The notes beneath the pieces are model-generated. The model ran no database searches. It was given only the letters and a program-made list of their open reading frames with translations, and was not told the origin of the DNA. A stretch of DNA of 64,000 nucleotides from Octopus sinensis (Eukaryota). The translations under genes and the position numbers were made by a program. The stretch spans positions 130,076,001 to 130,140,000 of the forward strand of contig NC_043001.1 of the NCBI RefSeq assembly GCF_006345805.1, in the 5' to 3' direction. Positions 26,431-39,601 of this stretch are shown in pieces. Numbering within the stretch: the stretch's first letter is position 1; each line of letters opens with the position of its first letter.

Positions 26431-26699
26431 TATTTTTTGAATTTAAAAGAAATCTTTTTTCTTTATTTCGTTTTTGGATTTGGTTTGCAAGATTCTTTAT
26501 ATGAGTTCGTGTGTTGAAGCATATTCTATTGTGTCTGGGGAGAGTCATTTTCTTTTTGTGCCGTATTATGTAACACACTCAGCGGTAAGAGTCAAAACTA
26601 TTGAAAAGGTTGCAAGACGCAACAAAGATTTTAGGACAATAAAAATAAGAAAAACGTGGAAATTTTGCCGGTGAGTTTTTTTTTTATTTCTACCACTAC

Positions 26700-26750
26700 T
26701 CTTCTTCTTCTTCTTCTTCTTCTTCTTCTTCTTCTTCTTCTTCTTCTTCT
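26700..26750. repeat. (TTC)n
   Basis: Directly visible. Confidence 0.97.
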
Positions 26751-26756
26751 CATTAT

Positions 26757-27030
26757 TATTATTCTGTAGTTTGGGTATGTGCTGTGGTTTGTTGTGATGC
26801 TCTTATGGTTACTGTATTGAGAGCGTTTTGCGAAGGATGTGTGCAGGCTGTCTGAATATTTTTCATCATACCTAATGCGCCTACTATGATAGGAATTGTT
26901 TCTGTTTTTAGATTCCACATTCAAGTTACCTCTGTTTCCAGGTCTTTGTATTTTGAAAGTTATTCCATTTCTTTTAGAGAAATGTTGTCATCTGCTGCTA
27001 TTGGTACCTCAATTAGAAAGCATTTTTTTC
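26757..27030 (-). mobile_element. R4/Dong-clade (restriction-like endonuclease) LINE 3' end
   Basis: CFLIEVPIAADDNISLKEME*LSKYKDLETEVT*MWNLKTETIPIIVGALG...AHILRKTLSIQ*, the RLE domain C-terminus; (TAA)n on both sides. Confidence 0.85.
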
Positions 27031-27031
27031 T

Positions 27032-27103
<72 letters not shown>

Positions 27104-27104
<1 letters not shown>

Positions 27105-27322
27105 GGCAGCGAGCTGGCAGAATTGTTAGTATGCAGGGCAAAATGCTTCATAGCCTTTTGTCTGTCTTTACATTCTGAGTGCAAACTCAGCTGAGGTTGA
27201 CTTTGCCTTTCATCATTGCGGGGTCGATAAATTAAGTACCAGTGAAACACTGGGGTCCATGTAATCAACGAGTCCTCGACCTCCAAAATTTCAGGCCTTG
27301 TGCCTATAGTAGAAAGTATTTT
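27104..27322 (+). mobile_element. SINE family A, A2 tail
   Basis: Full head to tail. Confidence 0.9.
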
Positions 27323-28074
27323 TATTATTATTAAGATGAAGTGCGTGATTCGATTGTAATAGATATTTTATTAGTTGAATGATATTTCGACAGTTTTGTG
27401 AAGAGTTACATCAATCCTTTTAAAATATTATTATTATTATTATTATTATTGGCAGGAACTCAGGAAAAAGTTGCAGAAATCCTCACTAAAGAAATAGAGA
27501 AACATATAGATTACAGAGATAGCTAGATGGCTAGATAAATAGTTAGACAGACAGAAATATAGATACAGAGATAGACAGGTAGACAGAGTAAGAGAGAGAT
27601 GTGGTGAAAAAGGAGCAGGCAAATAGACAGATAGAGAAAAAAAAAAAACAACACTGGGACAGATACAGAAAGATGCCATTTGTGATGCAATTCTTCTGTC
27701 TTGTATTCTAGTGTCTAGACTAAACACTCCAGTATAGCCAGAGGCTTAATCTACCTTGATTGTATTTCAAATCCTCACATATCCACTTCTTCTTTTCCAT
27801 ATTTCTCCATCCACGCTGTCACTTGACTGCTCTGTAACATAGAAACTGATATTCCAAGTAGAAAACAGAGCAGGGAAAGAAGAATATTAAAAAGAAATAA
27901 ATGGCATGGATATCTTCATCTACTTTGGGTTTTCTTTTTTTTATATTATTTTTATTTCTTTTTTTTTTGTTGTTATTTTTATTTTTTTCTTTATTCCAAT
28001 GGATGAAAATATATTTGCTCATCTTTCTATGCTTGCTGAATATTGCTGATTGTTCTGGGGAGGATTGTAAGTAG

Positions 28075-28505
<431 letters not shown>

Positions 28506-28640
28506 CATTAGTATATCAATCCTCCATCTTCTGCACAAATGGCACTTCAAAAGGCATAGAAGCATACAAGAATGTTCTTCATGATCGGTTCATTTATATA
28601 TACATATATAAATATATGCGTACATAAGTGCATGCACACA

Positions 28641-28675
<35 letters not shown>

Positions 28676-29046
28676 ATATATGTATGAATATGTATGTGTA
28701 TACAAACACACAATCACACATATATTCTGACAGTGTTTATGATGATAATGTTTATATAAATAGATAAATAATCTTTTCTCTCTTATATATTTTTGCTTTT
28801 AGATATAAAGTAGATTCAACCAATCATTTTAATTGCTTTCTCTTCTGCCTGTGTTTGTCATTTGTATATACAAATACATGTTAATGCATTGCCATATGCA
28901 CGTTTATCTACTCATATACATATCATTCTGATTGTGTGTTTTATATGTATTAGAGTTGGAGTTAATATATTTTGTGTAACTTGGCTGTTAATATACTATT
29001 TATTTTAGCATTTATTGGTAATAGTCTATATATGTATGTTGAGTTT

Positions 29047-29078
<32 letters not shown>

Positions 29079-29084
29079 TATTGC

Positions 29085-29450
29085 ACTTGTTTGATAAGGG
29101 GTGAGGGAGAGGATGTACCTATGGTGTTTTTGCAAGGCCCATTGGGACCTGTGAAATTGATGAGGTTGGTGTTCTGCTTGAACAAATGCAATGGATAATG
29201 TAAGCCAGAGTGGAATTCCAGGGGGGATTTTTGTTTTCGAGAGGAAAAATTGGGGTATATATTATTATTATTTGCACAGGACCTGGAGTTGTAGATACAA
29301 TATAGATGATGAGTGGGAGTGAAACGTGTAAAGCACTCAGTTTGACTGGTCGTGGTAAAAGGTAGTTGATCAGCTAGCTCTGAGGAACAGAGGCCATACT
29401 AGCAGCAGTAGAAAAGGCGGAGTGAAGAGACAGCATGTCCATAGGAAATC
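29085..29450 (-). mobile_element. Degenerate Penelope-like remnant (region before the GIY-YIG domain)
   Basis: Frameshifted PPGIP...NTNLINFTGPNG resembles the PLE linker; weak. Confidence 0.35.
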
Positions 29451-29472
29451 ATGTCCAGTAAGTTCACCATCA

Positions 29473-29964
29473 TCGATTCACTGCAGGGAAAGTTCACTGT
29501 CATCAATTCACCATTTTCTTTTTTTTTTTTTTGTCAATGGTGAGATACTATGGATATGTGGAGGCACATGGCCTAGTGGTTAGAGCAGCAGACTCACAGT
29601 CGAGGGATCGTGGGTTTGAATCTCAGACCGGGCGATGTGAGTTTTTATGAGCGAAATGCCTAAGCTCCAGGGAGCTCTGGTAGAAGGTAATGGCGAACTC
29701 CTGCTGACTTTTTCGCCACACCTTTCTCTCACTCTTTCCTCCTGCATCTTGCAGCTCACCTACGATGGACTGGCGTCCTGTGCAGGTGTGGAACCTATAC
29801 ACCAAGGAAACCAGGAAACCGGCCCTATTGAGCCAGATTTGGCTCAAGAAGGAACAAACTATGGATATATTTTCTCAATAAACTTTCCTCACAGGGAACT
29901 TTCCTCATAGTGAACTTCCTTCATGGTGAATTGATGGTAGTGAACTTTCCCTGTAGTGAATTGA
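29473..29964. mobile_element. MITE with ~42-bp imperfect TIRs, interrupted by a SINE
   Basis: TCGATTCACTGCAGGGAAAGTTCACTGTCATCAATTCACCAT vs ATGGTGAATTGATGGTAGTGAACTTTCCCTGTAGTGAATTGA. Confidence 0.7.
29558..29857 (+). mobile_element. SINE family C variant with 11-bp TSD
   Basis: Head as at 22207 but different 3' half; flanked by ACTATGGATAT on both sides. Confidence 0.88.
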
Positions 29965-30243
29965 ATGGGGACAAAACCTAGACTTAAAACACTGGATGAT
30001 GATGATGATACAGATGGCGATTTAAATTCAATATTGTTTCAATTACATGCACCAAGTTTTTCTACAGCTTGTAAAGCTTCTTCCAGACCTATGACTATTT
30101 TATTACAGTTTCTCATATATTGAGGCACAACTTTTCTTTAATCTTTTAACATTTGGATTACTCAGTGAATTGTAATACTTGTCTATCCACATTGTTTTGA
30201 ATTAATCATGTATTATCATAGAGCTTTGAGATTTCGATGACAT

Positions 30244-30660
30244 TACTCTCTTTACTCTTTTACTCTTTTACTTGTTTCAGTCATTTGACTGCAGCCATAC
30301 TGGAGCACCGCCTTTTGTCGAGCAAATTGACCCCGGGACTTATTCTTTGTAAGCCCAGTACTTATTCTATCGGTCTCTTTTGCCGAACCGCTAAGTGACG
30401 GTGACGTAAACACACCAGCATCGGTTGTCAAGCAATGCTAGGGGGACAAACACAGACACACAAACACACACACATATATATAGATATATATATATATACA
30501 TATATACGACAGGCTTCTTTCAGTTTCCGTCTACCAAATCCACTCACAAGGCATTGGTCGGCCCGGGGCCATAGTAGAAGACACTTGCCAAAGATGCCAT
30601 GCAGTGGGACTGAAGCCAGAACCATGTGGTTGGTTAGCAAGCTACTTACCACACAGCCAT
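30244..30660 (-). mobile_element. Full-length SINE family B
   Basis: Near-consensus reverse complement. Confidence 0.93.
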
Positions 30661-30974
30661 ATTTTTAGATTAACATTGTAGGATAGCTATGAAAGGCTTG
30701 TCCTGGCCAGTCTGAAAATAAAACGGGTAGAATATTTGGGCTGGATATGGTTGGTTGAAATGTTGAAGAGTTAAGCAGGTGACAACTGGGTGCACAGCTT
30801 TGACAAGTATCAAGAAAGCTGGAATGTATCTGTAGTTCTTGTGAGTCACTGCCACAATGATATTAATTTCACTCCAAAATATATTGCTTTTAACACAACG
30901 AAGGTGATGACAAATTTTTTGACAATTTGCTGTGCTTTAGAAGACATATCAAGCTAAATGACATCATAGGCATG

Positions 30975-31180
30975 ACTCATGCTGATGACATGTAAAAGGC
31001 ACTCAGTACACACTGTGGAATGGTTGGCATTAGGAAGAGTATCCAGCCATAGAAATCAAGCCAAAACGGACTGGACCCTGGTGCAGCCCTCCAGTTTACC
31101 AGTTCTAGTTTCACTGTCTAACCCATGCCAGCATGGCAAATGGACGTTAAATGATAACAATGACGACGATGATGATGAAG
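30975..31180 (+). mobile_element. Family D (RTE 3' UTR) fragment
   Basis: GGTTGGCATTAGGAAG...AACCCATGCCAGCATGG...GACGTTAAATGAT. Confidence 0.8.
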
Positions 31181-31298
31181 TCTATGACGAGATTTTATCT
31201 CAGATAATTCCCCTGCCTCATGCCTTTTAATTGTATTTTTGCTCTTAGCATGATACACTGATACACAGATGGTAACTACATACCTATATATATAACTT

Positions 31299-31359
<61 letters not shown>

Positions 31360-31361
31360 TA

Positions 31362-31609
31362 TATAAATTAAAGATAAAACCACTATTAGGCAAATCAAAC
31401 AATGAAAAACATAAGCTAATACATAAAATTAATTAATTTATATTATTTTATGTATTGGCTTATGTTTTTCATTGTTGATTTGCCTAATAGTGGTTTTATC
31501 TCTAATTTATATAATATAATATAATATATTTATACTATACAATTGGATTTAATCCTAAATCTGATTTTTCCCTGTAAGTTTGGATTTATTCCCTAATATT
31601 TTATTATTA

Positions 31610-31610
<1 letters not shown>
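31362..31610. mobile_element. Penelope-like terminus with fold-back inverted repeat
   Basis: 31362-31429 inverted at 31445-31511; rest matches 22110-22200 and 61200-61260. Confidence 0.65.
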
Positions 31611-31637
<27 letters not shown>

Positions 31638-31640
<3 letters not shown>

Positions 31641-31783
31641 TCTTTACTGCCCACACAGGGCTAAACATAGAGGGGACAAACAAGGACAGACAAAGGGATT
31701 AAGTCGATTACATTGACCCCAATGCGTAACTGGTACTTTATTTATCAACCCCGAAAGGATGAAAGGCAAAGTCGACCTCGGCG
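31638..31783 (-). mobile_element. SINE family A, 3' part, A1 tail
   Basis: Reverse complement of 12170-12315. Confidence 0.88.
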
Positions 31784-31785
31784 AT

Positions 31786-32068
31786 GAAGGCGTGTGAACT
31801 AGTGGTTAGGGTGTTGCACTCTTGATCACAAGCTATTTGTTTCAATTCCCAGACTACTGGTGCATCCTGTTTTTGAGCAAAACTCTTTGTTTCACATTGC
31901 TCCAATCCTCATTCACCTGTGACAAACTGGCCTTCCATTTATGGGGAATGTAGGACTGCTTGCCTAACCAGTGGGATGGCATCATTTGAAAGCTAAAAAC
32001 ACAATGCAAGGACGTGCATTGTGACCAGCAGTGTATAACAACATCCTATAGTCTGGTTGATACAGTGA
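31786..32068 (+). mobile_element. Degenerate tRNA-derived SINE (C/F-related)
   Basis: A-box-like CTAGTGGTTAGG, B-box-like TTTCAATTCCC, TTGAGCAAAACTCTTTGTTTCACATTGCTCC core. Confidence 0.6.
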
Positions 32069-32069
32069 T

Positions 32070-32362
32070 ATGTGTGTGCGTTTGTGTGCATTTTTATGTG
32101 TGTATGTGTGTGTGTGTGAGTGTTTATACGTGTGTGTTTGTTTTGTGTGTGTTTATGTGAGTTTATGTATGTGTTTGTGTGTGTGTTTACGTGTGTGTGT
32201 GTTTACGTGTGCATGTGTGTTTAGGTATGCATGTGTGTGTGTGTTTATGTGTGTATTTATGTGTCTGTGTGTTTTTGTGTGTGTTTATATGTGTATTTGC
32301 ATGTTTGTGTGTGTGTGTGTTTCTCTGTGTGTGTTTATGTGTGTTTGCATATTTGTGTGTGT

Positions 32363-32400
<38 letters not shown>
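32070..32400. repeat. (TG)n mosaic
   Basis: Directly visible. Confidence 0.95.
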
Positions 32401-32401
<1 letters not shown>

Positions 32402-32604
32402 TGCCTTTCAGCAGAAGTTATACATATCAGGAAGATATGTACAGTGTCCTGAACAAAAAAAAAACCTTGTAGTATATATATTCTGCCCAAGTTGCATAGA
32501 CACTCCCTTGTCATTCTTACCCTCAATGGAAAGCTAAACCAATGAATGCCATTGCTTAAAGCATAACACCATTTAAAATAAACTAGCCATCCTTTCTACA
32601 TTCT

Positions 32605-32772
32605 CATGAATATCAATCATCATCATTATCATCATCATCAAACATTGCCATTCTCTTCATTTCAACATCATCATCATCATCAGCATCATTGCAATCATTA
32701 TCATCAGCTTCATTCACATGATCAATGCCATTTTTTACCATCATCTTCTTTATCATCATCATCATCATCATT

Positions 32773-32804
<32 letters not shown>

Positions 32805-32883
32805 TATCATCATCATTATCAACGTCATCATCATCACTGTTGTTAGCATTGTTATCAGCATCATGTTATATCATCACGACCAC

Positions 32884-32931
<48 letters not shown>

Positions 32932-33007
32932 TATCATCATCATTATCAATGTCATCATCATCACTGTTGTTAACATTGTTATCAGCATCATGTTATATCG
33001 TCACGAC

Positions 33008-33046
<39 letters not shown>

Positions 33047-33764
33047 TATCATCATCATTATCAACGTCATCATCATCACTGTTGTTAGCATTGTTATCAG
33101 CATCATGTTATATCATCACGACCATCATCATCATCATCATCATCATCGTCATCATTTGAATCTTGGTTATATTTGTCATCCTCATTACCTTCATCATCCT
33201 TGTTCATTGTTATTGTTGCTATCAATCTTATTATTATCATTACTCTCATAAGCATCATTACCACCACCTCCACCATCACCTCCAACACCATGACACCGAC
33301 GATGAAGAGGACAGCCACCACCACCACCAAGACCACCACCACCAAGCCCACCACCACTAATTCAACCACTACTGCCCACCACCACCACCAATTCAGCCAC
33401 CATCACCACCACCACCGCTATCCACCACTTCTAGCACCATCATCATCGTCATTTCTTGTCATTACTTTCATTAACATCATCATCATCATCATCACTATAA
33501 ATGTCATCATTTGCAATAACATCATCATCATCATCATCATCACTATAAATGTCATCATTTGCAATAACAACATCATCATCATCATCAACATCATCGTCGT
33601 CGTCGTCGTCGTCGTTGTCAACGTAATCACTGTCATTGCATCATTAATGGTAGATAGAGAGGTCAAAGAGACAAGATCAACATCGTCTTCAATGGTAAAA
33701 TTATAATTATTGTTACCAATCATCGTTATTATAGCGAACATCATCATCATCATCATCATCATCA

Positions 33765-33808
<44 letters not shown>

Positions 33809-33810
33809 AC
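32605..33810. repeat. (ATC)n/(ACC)n low-complexity region with a triplicated ~120-140-bp unit
   Basis: Unit ATCATTATCAACGTCATC...ATCATGTTATATCATCACGACC near 32812, 32940 and 33055. Confidence 0.93.
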
Positions 33811-34036
33811 CTCATCTCCATCTCTACTCTCATAGTCCTCATCATTAATGTCATTACTGTCATTTCAGTTGTTGCTATCGTCAGTGCTGCTTCAAATCAT
33901 CATCTTCTTCAGCATCATCCTCATCATCAGCACCAGCCTCAATCGCAGCATCTTGAGTTGCATGATCCCTGTTATGTCACAGTGTTTTTGTTTATTTTTG
34001 TCTCGATTATTATTTAATTATCAGTATTGTTAATAC

Positions 34037-34090
<54 letters not shown>

Positions 34091-34199
34091 CCTCACCATC
34101 CCACCATCATCAGCAGCTGTAGTGGCAGTAACATATCCTCCTCCTCTTCCACCACCACCTCCTCAACCTCCGACCACTTTGTCCTCCTCCACCTCTACC

Positions 34200-34369
34200 C
34201 CTTCCTCCTCCTCCTCCTCATCATCATCATCATTATCCTCTTCATCATTATCATCTTCATCATTATCATCAGCATCATTATCATCAGCATCATTATCATC
34301 AGCATCATCATCATCATCATCATTATCATCATCATCATTATCATCTTCATCATTATCATCAACATCATT

Positions 34370-34407
<38 letters not shown>

Positions 34408-34540
34408 TATCATCTTCATCATTATCATCTTCATCATTATCATCTTCATCATTATCATCATCATTATCATCATCATTATCATCATAATTATCATCATCCT
34501 CATTATCATCATCATTATCATCATCATCATCATCATCATT

Positions 34541-34578
<38 letters not shown>

Positions 34579-34597
34579 TATCATCATCATCATCATT

Positions 34598-34643
<46 letters not shown>

Positions 34644-34647
34644 CATT

Positions 34648-34688
<41 letters not shown>

Positions 34689-34750
34689 TATCATCATCAT
34701 CATCATCATCATCATCGTCATCATCATCATCTTCATCATCATCATCATCA
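34200..34750. repeat. (ATC/ATT)n microsatellite
   Basis: Directly visible. Confidence 0.96.
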
Positions 34751-34942
34751 GCTAGCAGAATTGTTAGCTCGCCAGACAAAATCCTTGGCTGCATTTCGGT
34801 CTGGGTTCAAATTTTATCAAGGTCAATTTTGGCAGTCAAGTACTGGGGTCAATGTAATTGACTCGGCTCCTCCCCCAAAATTTCAGGCCTTGTACCTTTA
34901 GTGAAAAGGATTATCATTATTATTATTATTATTATTATTATT

Positions 34943-35115
34943 AGGCGACAAGCTGGCAGAATCGTTACAATGCTGGGCAAAATGCTTTGTGGCATTTTGT
35001 CTGTCATAATGTTCAAATTCCGCTGAGGTTAATTTTGCCTTTCATCATTTCAGGGTCGATAAATTAAGTACCAGTTGCGTACTGAGGTCAATTTCTGGCC
35101 AGTAGAAAGGATTAT
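34943..35115 (+). mobile_element. SINE family A (a second degenerate copy lies at 34750-34912)
   Basis: Head GGCGACAAGCTGGCAGAATCG and central box. Confidence 0.8.
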
Positions 35116-35134
35116 TATTATATATTGTTATTCC

Positions 35135-35300
35135 TAACGCCAAGATTGATGGCGTTAGGAAGGGTATCCAGCTGTAGAAACACTGCCAGATCAGACTGGG
35201 CCTGATGCAGCCTTCTGGCTTCACAGACCCCAGTTGAACCGTCCAACCCATGCTAGCATGGAAAGCGGACGCTAAATGATGATGATGATGATGATGATGA
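35135..35300 (+). mobile_element. Family D (RTE 3' UTR) terminal fragment
   Basis: Near-identical to 45920-46075. Confidence 0.88.
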
Positions 35301-35327
35301 TGATTGTTATTATTATTATTATCATCA

Positions 35328-35371
<44 letters not shown>

Positions 35372-35374
<3 letters not shown>

Positions 35375-35790
35375 TGAGAGATTAGCACATGCCATCAAAA
35401 TGACACTGAGGTACAAGTATACGAAGCCCAGTATAACCATCATGACTACCCGTCTGATAAGGGTACACTAGGCACATGCATCGCAACCATATGTGCGCAA
35501 CATGGTGATCTCATATCAAAATAAACAGCGCATGACCTTGCAAGTGGGGCCCAGTTAGAATTTTCTTCAGGTCGAGTAGCCCATCCCACTCAAAAGGTTC
35601 CTGAATAAGGCTTGTTTAAGGGTGTTGAATGAAACACCCATGTTTCCAGAGATGAATTATCCAAACCCCAAAGAATTTCTCAAAACACATAGCTATGATG
35701 CTCCCCCACTACTTCTGCTTGTGAATAGTGATGCACATGTCATCAACTATGAAGGGCTATGTTCAACTGGTTACGGTCAAGCAACTGATA
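35372..35790 (-). mobile_element. Family E copy
   Basis: Matches 2311-2698; abuts (TTA)n. Confidence 0.8.
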
Positions 35791-36214
35791 AGGAAATCTG
35801 TGGTATTGAGCAAAATATTTGCTGTAGTTCATCTTATATACCAGAACAAAATAATGTACATGATAACACTTCCAATCAGTTAAGATCAGAAGCCATGGGA
35901 GCCAGTGCCTGGTATTGCATCAGGACATCGCAATTCTGTGCTATTGAGCAGAATATTTGCTGCGGCCCTCCTCTTCCTCCTCTTCTCCCTCCTCTTCCTC
36001 TTCCTCTCCCTCTCCTCCTCCTCCTCCTCTTCCTCCCTCTTCCTCCTCTCCCGCCTTTTCCTCTCCCTCTCCCTCCTCCTCCTCTCCTCCCTCTTCCCCC
36101 CTCCTTCTCCTCTTCCTCTCACCCTCCTCTCCCCCTCCTCTTCCTCTCCCTCCTCCTCCTCATCATCATCGTCATCATCGTCATTATTATTATTATTATA
36201 TTATATTATTATTA

Positions 36215-36257
<43 letters not shown>

Positions 36258-36329
36258 TGAAGGCAGTGAGATGGCAGACTCAATTGCATCTTAAACAAAA
36301 TGCTTGGTGGCATTTCTTCAGACTCTTTA

Positions 36330-36612
36330 CTCCCTTAGGTTGGCAGTATTTTTCTCGGAAAGTGAGCTGCTGTATCTATGAGAACAATTTCATGCAGTTC
36401 TGATATTTAAAAAATGTTCCTGGTATTTCTTCATAATATTTTAGAATTCCACTTGATATTACCCCCAAAGCTCCAGTGACAACAGTTACCATTGTTTTTT
36501 TCTTAAATTCCACATTTCTGAGACCTCTTTCAAGCTCCTTATATTTACCCAACTTTCCAAATGTTTTTTCACAGAAGCATTGCAATCTGCTGGGATTGAC
36601 ATATCTATGAGC
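36330..36612 (-). mobile_element. R4/Dong-clade LINE ORF C-terminal remnant (second subfamily)
   Basis: LIDMSIPADCNASVK..GKLGKYKELERG...VVTGALGVISSG...AHFPRKILPT*. Confidence 0.8.
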
Positions 36613-36637
36613 ACAAATGTGTTTTTATCTATGTGAT

Positions 36638-36840
36638 GAGATGGCATACATACCTATGCACATGGACACCCACACACGTACTTACATATGCATGCATACA
36701 TACACTCACACACACACATACACACACAATTACCTACCTACCTATTTATCTATCTTATATATATATACATACATACATACATACATATGTACGTACGTAT
36801 GTACGTATGTACGTATGAGTGTGTGTGTATGTATACATAT

Positions 36841-36875
<35 letters not shown>

Positions 36876-37142
36876 CCCACACACTAATACATACGTACAC
36901 ACATGTATACATACATATAAATATACATACATATGTGTGTGTGTATATATATTGTGCTTGGCTTAGATTTTCCTTTGGGGCTGGCCAGATCGGAGCAATC
37001 TCAAGATTAATCAGCCGAAATTGCGAGGATGATCCGGTTCTTGACTGAAGAGTGAAGGCTTCGAATGTCCCGTCCGTGTTTTTTGTATCGTCTTCTAAAT
37101 GGTTTGCGATCTTGTCCCAGTTTGTATTTTTTGACATATATA
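36638..37142 (+). repeat. Left arm of a ~500-bp inverted duplication
   Basis: Reverse complement of 39052-39574, including the same order of microsatellite blocks and a Penelope-like segment. Confidence 0.88.
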
Positions 37143-37159
37143 ATATATATATATATATA

Positions 37160-37279
37160 TTAATCAGCCGAAATTGCGAAGATGATCCGGTTCTTGACTG
37201 AAGATTGAAGGCTTCGAATGTCCCGTCCGTGTTTTTTGTATCATCTTCTAAATGGTTTGCGATCTTGTCCCAGTTTGTA
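37160..37279 (+). repeat. 120-bp direct duplication of 37007-37126
   Basis: TTAATCAGCCGAAATTGCG...CCCAGTTTGTA occurs twice. Confidence 0.92.
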
Positions 37280-37459
37280 CACCATGCAGTCTGTTGGCCT
37301 GAATAGGTTGATCCATTTGAATTCTAACATCACGAAGAGCACCGATATCCTTATTTCTTACAACTTTGGAAATTCTTATATAAGAAATGCTTGAAGAAAT
37401 TTTCACATGACACAATACCACCTTTCTTTTTCATTTTTAATTTCTTTCTTTTTTGGATT

Positions 37460-37863
37460 CTCTTTACTCTCTTTTACTCTTTTACTTGTTTCAGTCATTT
37501 GACTGCGGCAATGCTGGAGCACCGCCTTTGGTCGAGCAAATCGACCCCGGGACTTATTCTTTGTAAGCCTAGTACTTATTCTATCGGTCTCTTTTGCCGA
37601 ACCGCTAAGTGACGGGGACGTAAACACACCAGCATCGGTGTCAAGCAATGCTAGGGGGACAAACATAGACACACAAACACATATACACACATATATATAT
37701 ATATACATATATACGACAGGCTTCTTTCAGTTTCCGTCTACCAAATCCACTCACAAGGCATTGGTCGGCCTGGGGCTATAGCAGAAGATGCCATGCAGTG
37801 GGACTGAACCCGGAACCATGTGGTTGGTTAGCAAGCTACTTACCACACAGCCACTCCTGCGCC
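37460..37863 (-). mobile_element. Full-length SINE family B
   Basis: Near-consensus reverse complement. Confidence 0.93.
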
Positions 37864-37908
37864 TTTTTTATATTTATTTACTTTTTCATTTACTTTTTTA
37901 TATTTTCA

Positions 37909-38308
37909 CTAGCAGTATCGCCTGGCGTTGCTCGGGTTTGTAAGGGAAATAACTATATAAGCATTTTTAGAGATGTAAAGTATAATAGCCATCTCAATAT
38001 GGCTAACCACAAAGGGGGTGGTGTTACTGTAGCTTTTTACGTTCTGAGATTTAATAATACATTTTTAGAGAGTTACTTCCCTTATATAATAGCAAAAAAA
38101 TGCATTAAAATGGGAAAAAATTATGGTAAATTTTTTTTTAAATCGTAGACTCATCGTAGACGCGCGCTAATACCCAGAAGGGCTCGATATGAATCACGAC
38201 TATAAGATACCCGCTTTTGGTTAAACTGCACCGCAAAATGTGGAAGTAGTTAGGAATCTAAATCGTAGGAGACAGACACTCACACAACTTCACTTTTATA
38301 TATAAAGA
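37909..38308 (-). mobile_element. Non-autonomous Helitron
   Basis: Minus strand starts A|TCTTTATATATAAAA and ends with GC-rich hairpin CCCGAGCAACGCCAGG plus CTAG|T; A/T insertion site. Confidence 0.85.
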
Positions 38309-39051
38309 TTTCCCACTCCACAGTATTGTCAATCATTTGCTTTCAGCCTGCTGTCCCTAGCTCTAACCACACCTCAATCCTTTGTATTAGACAACCTCGG
38401 TTACTAATCACTAAATTGAAGCATTCGTTCACATTAATTACCTAACTTCTATTCTCTGCACAAGATGGCACTTCCATTGATCTTTCCTTACATTGATCTT
38501 TGCCTGAAAAGGGGACGAAATTAAGTTGCTTGATACTATTGTTTGTTGGTTGTTGGTGTAGTTTAGTTGTTGTTGTTGTTGTTGTTGTTATTGTTGTTTT
38601 GTCCCACATCAAATCTGATCAAGGAGAACTATCTCTTCTTTATAGAGATTTCATTTTATGTCTACATTCGGTTATGACTGTGTGGTTACAGAGTGAACTT
38701 TGTAATCACATGGTTCTCAGTTTGATCCCAGTGTGCAGCACCTTGGGTAAGTGTCATCTACTGTGGCTTCCAGCTGACCAATACTTTGTGAATGGAATTA
38801 GTGTACCTGTATGTATGTCTGTGTGTGTTGTGCGTAAGTGTGTGTGCGTGTATATATGCATGCATTATATAGGTAGTTAGGGTAAATCCCTGCTGTTTCC
38901 TTTTGGAGCACATCTGCTTATTCCATTATTGATTTCAAATTTTGACACGAGCCCAGCAATTTTGAAAGAGGTAAATCAATTGTATAAATCAACTATATAT
39001 ATATATATGTATACTTACATATAAGACCAAAGGGGTACAGGTGCCGCTATA

Positions 39052-39309
39052 TATATATGTAAAAAAATACAAACTGGGACAAGAACGCAAACCATTTAGA
39101 AGACGATACAAAAAACACGAACGGGACATTCGAAGCCTTCAATCTTCAGTCAAGAACCGGATCATCCTCGCAATTTCGGCTGATTAATCTTGAGACTGCT
39201 CCGATCTGGCCAGCCCCAAAACAAAATCTAAGCCAAGTGCAATATATATACACACACACATATGTATGTATATTCATATGTATGTGTGCATGTGTGTATG
39301 TATGTATGA

Positions 39310-39352
<43 letters not shown>

Positions 39353-39409
39353 CATACATATGTATACATACACACACACTCATACATACATACGTACATA
39401 CGTACGTAC

Positions 39410-39440
<31 letters not shown>

Positions 39441-39574
39441 TATATAAGATAGATAAATAGGTAGGTAGGTAGGTAGGTAATTGTGTGTGTATGTGTGTGT
39501 GTGAGTGTATGTATGCATGCATATGTAAGTACATGTGTGGGTGTCCATCTGCATAGGTATGTATGTCATCTCAT
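39052..39574 (-). repeat. Right arm of the ~500-bp inverted duplication
   Basis: Reverse complement of 36638-37142. Confidence 0.88.
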
Positions 39575-39601
39575 GTTTTCTCATAAACACCATTTAAGCA
39601 A

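Noticed and set aside
26580-26680. Two plus-strand donor-like sites (CG|GTAAGA, CG|GTGAGT)
   Set aside because: No matching acceptor or open frame could be supported
37030-37085. CTGAAGA...CGAAT hammerhead-like motif in the duplicated PLE segment
   Set aside because: GAAT instead of GAAA, and no convincing helix I or III
28525-38475. Shared TCTGCACAA(G)ATGGCACTTC motif at ~28530 and ~38455
   Set aside because: Only ~19 nt and the flanks do not align
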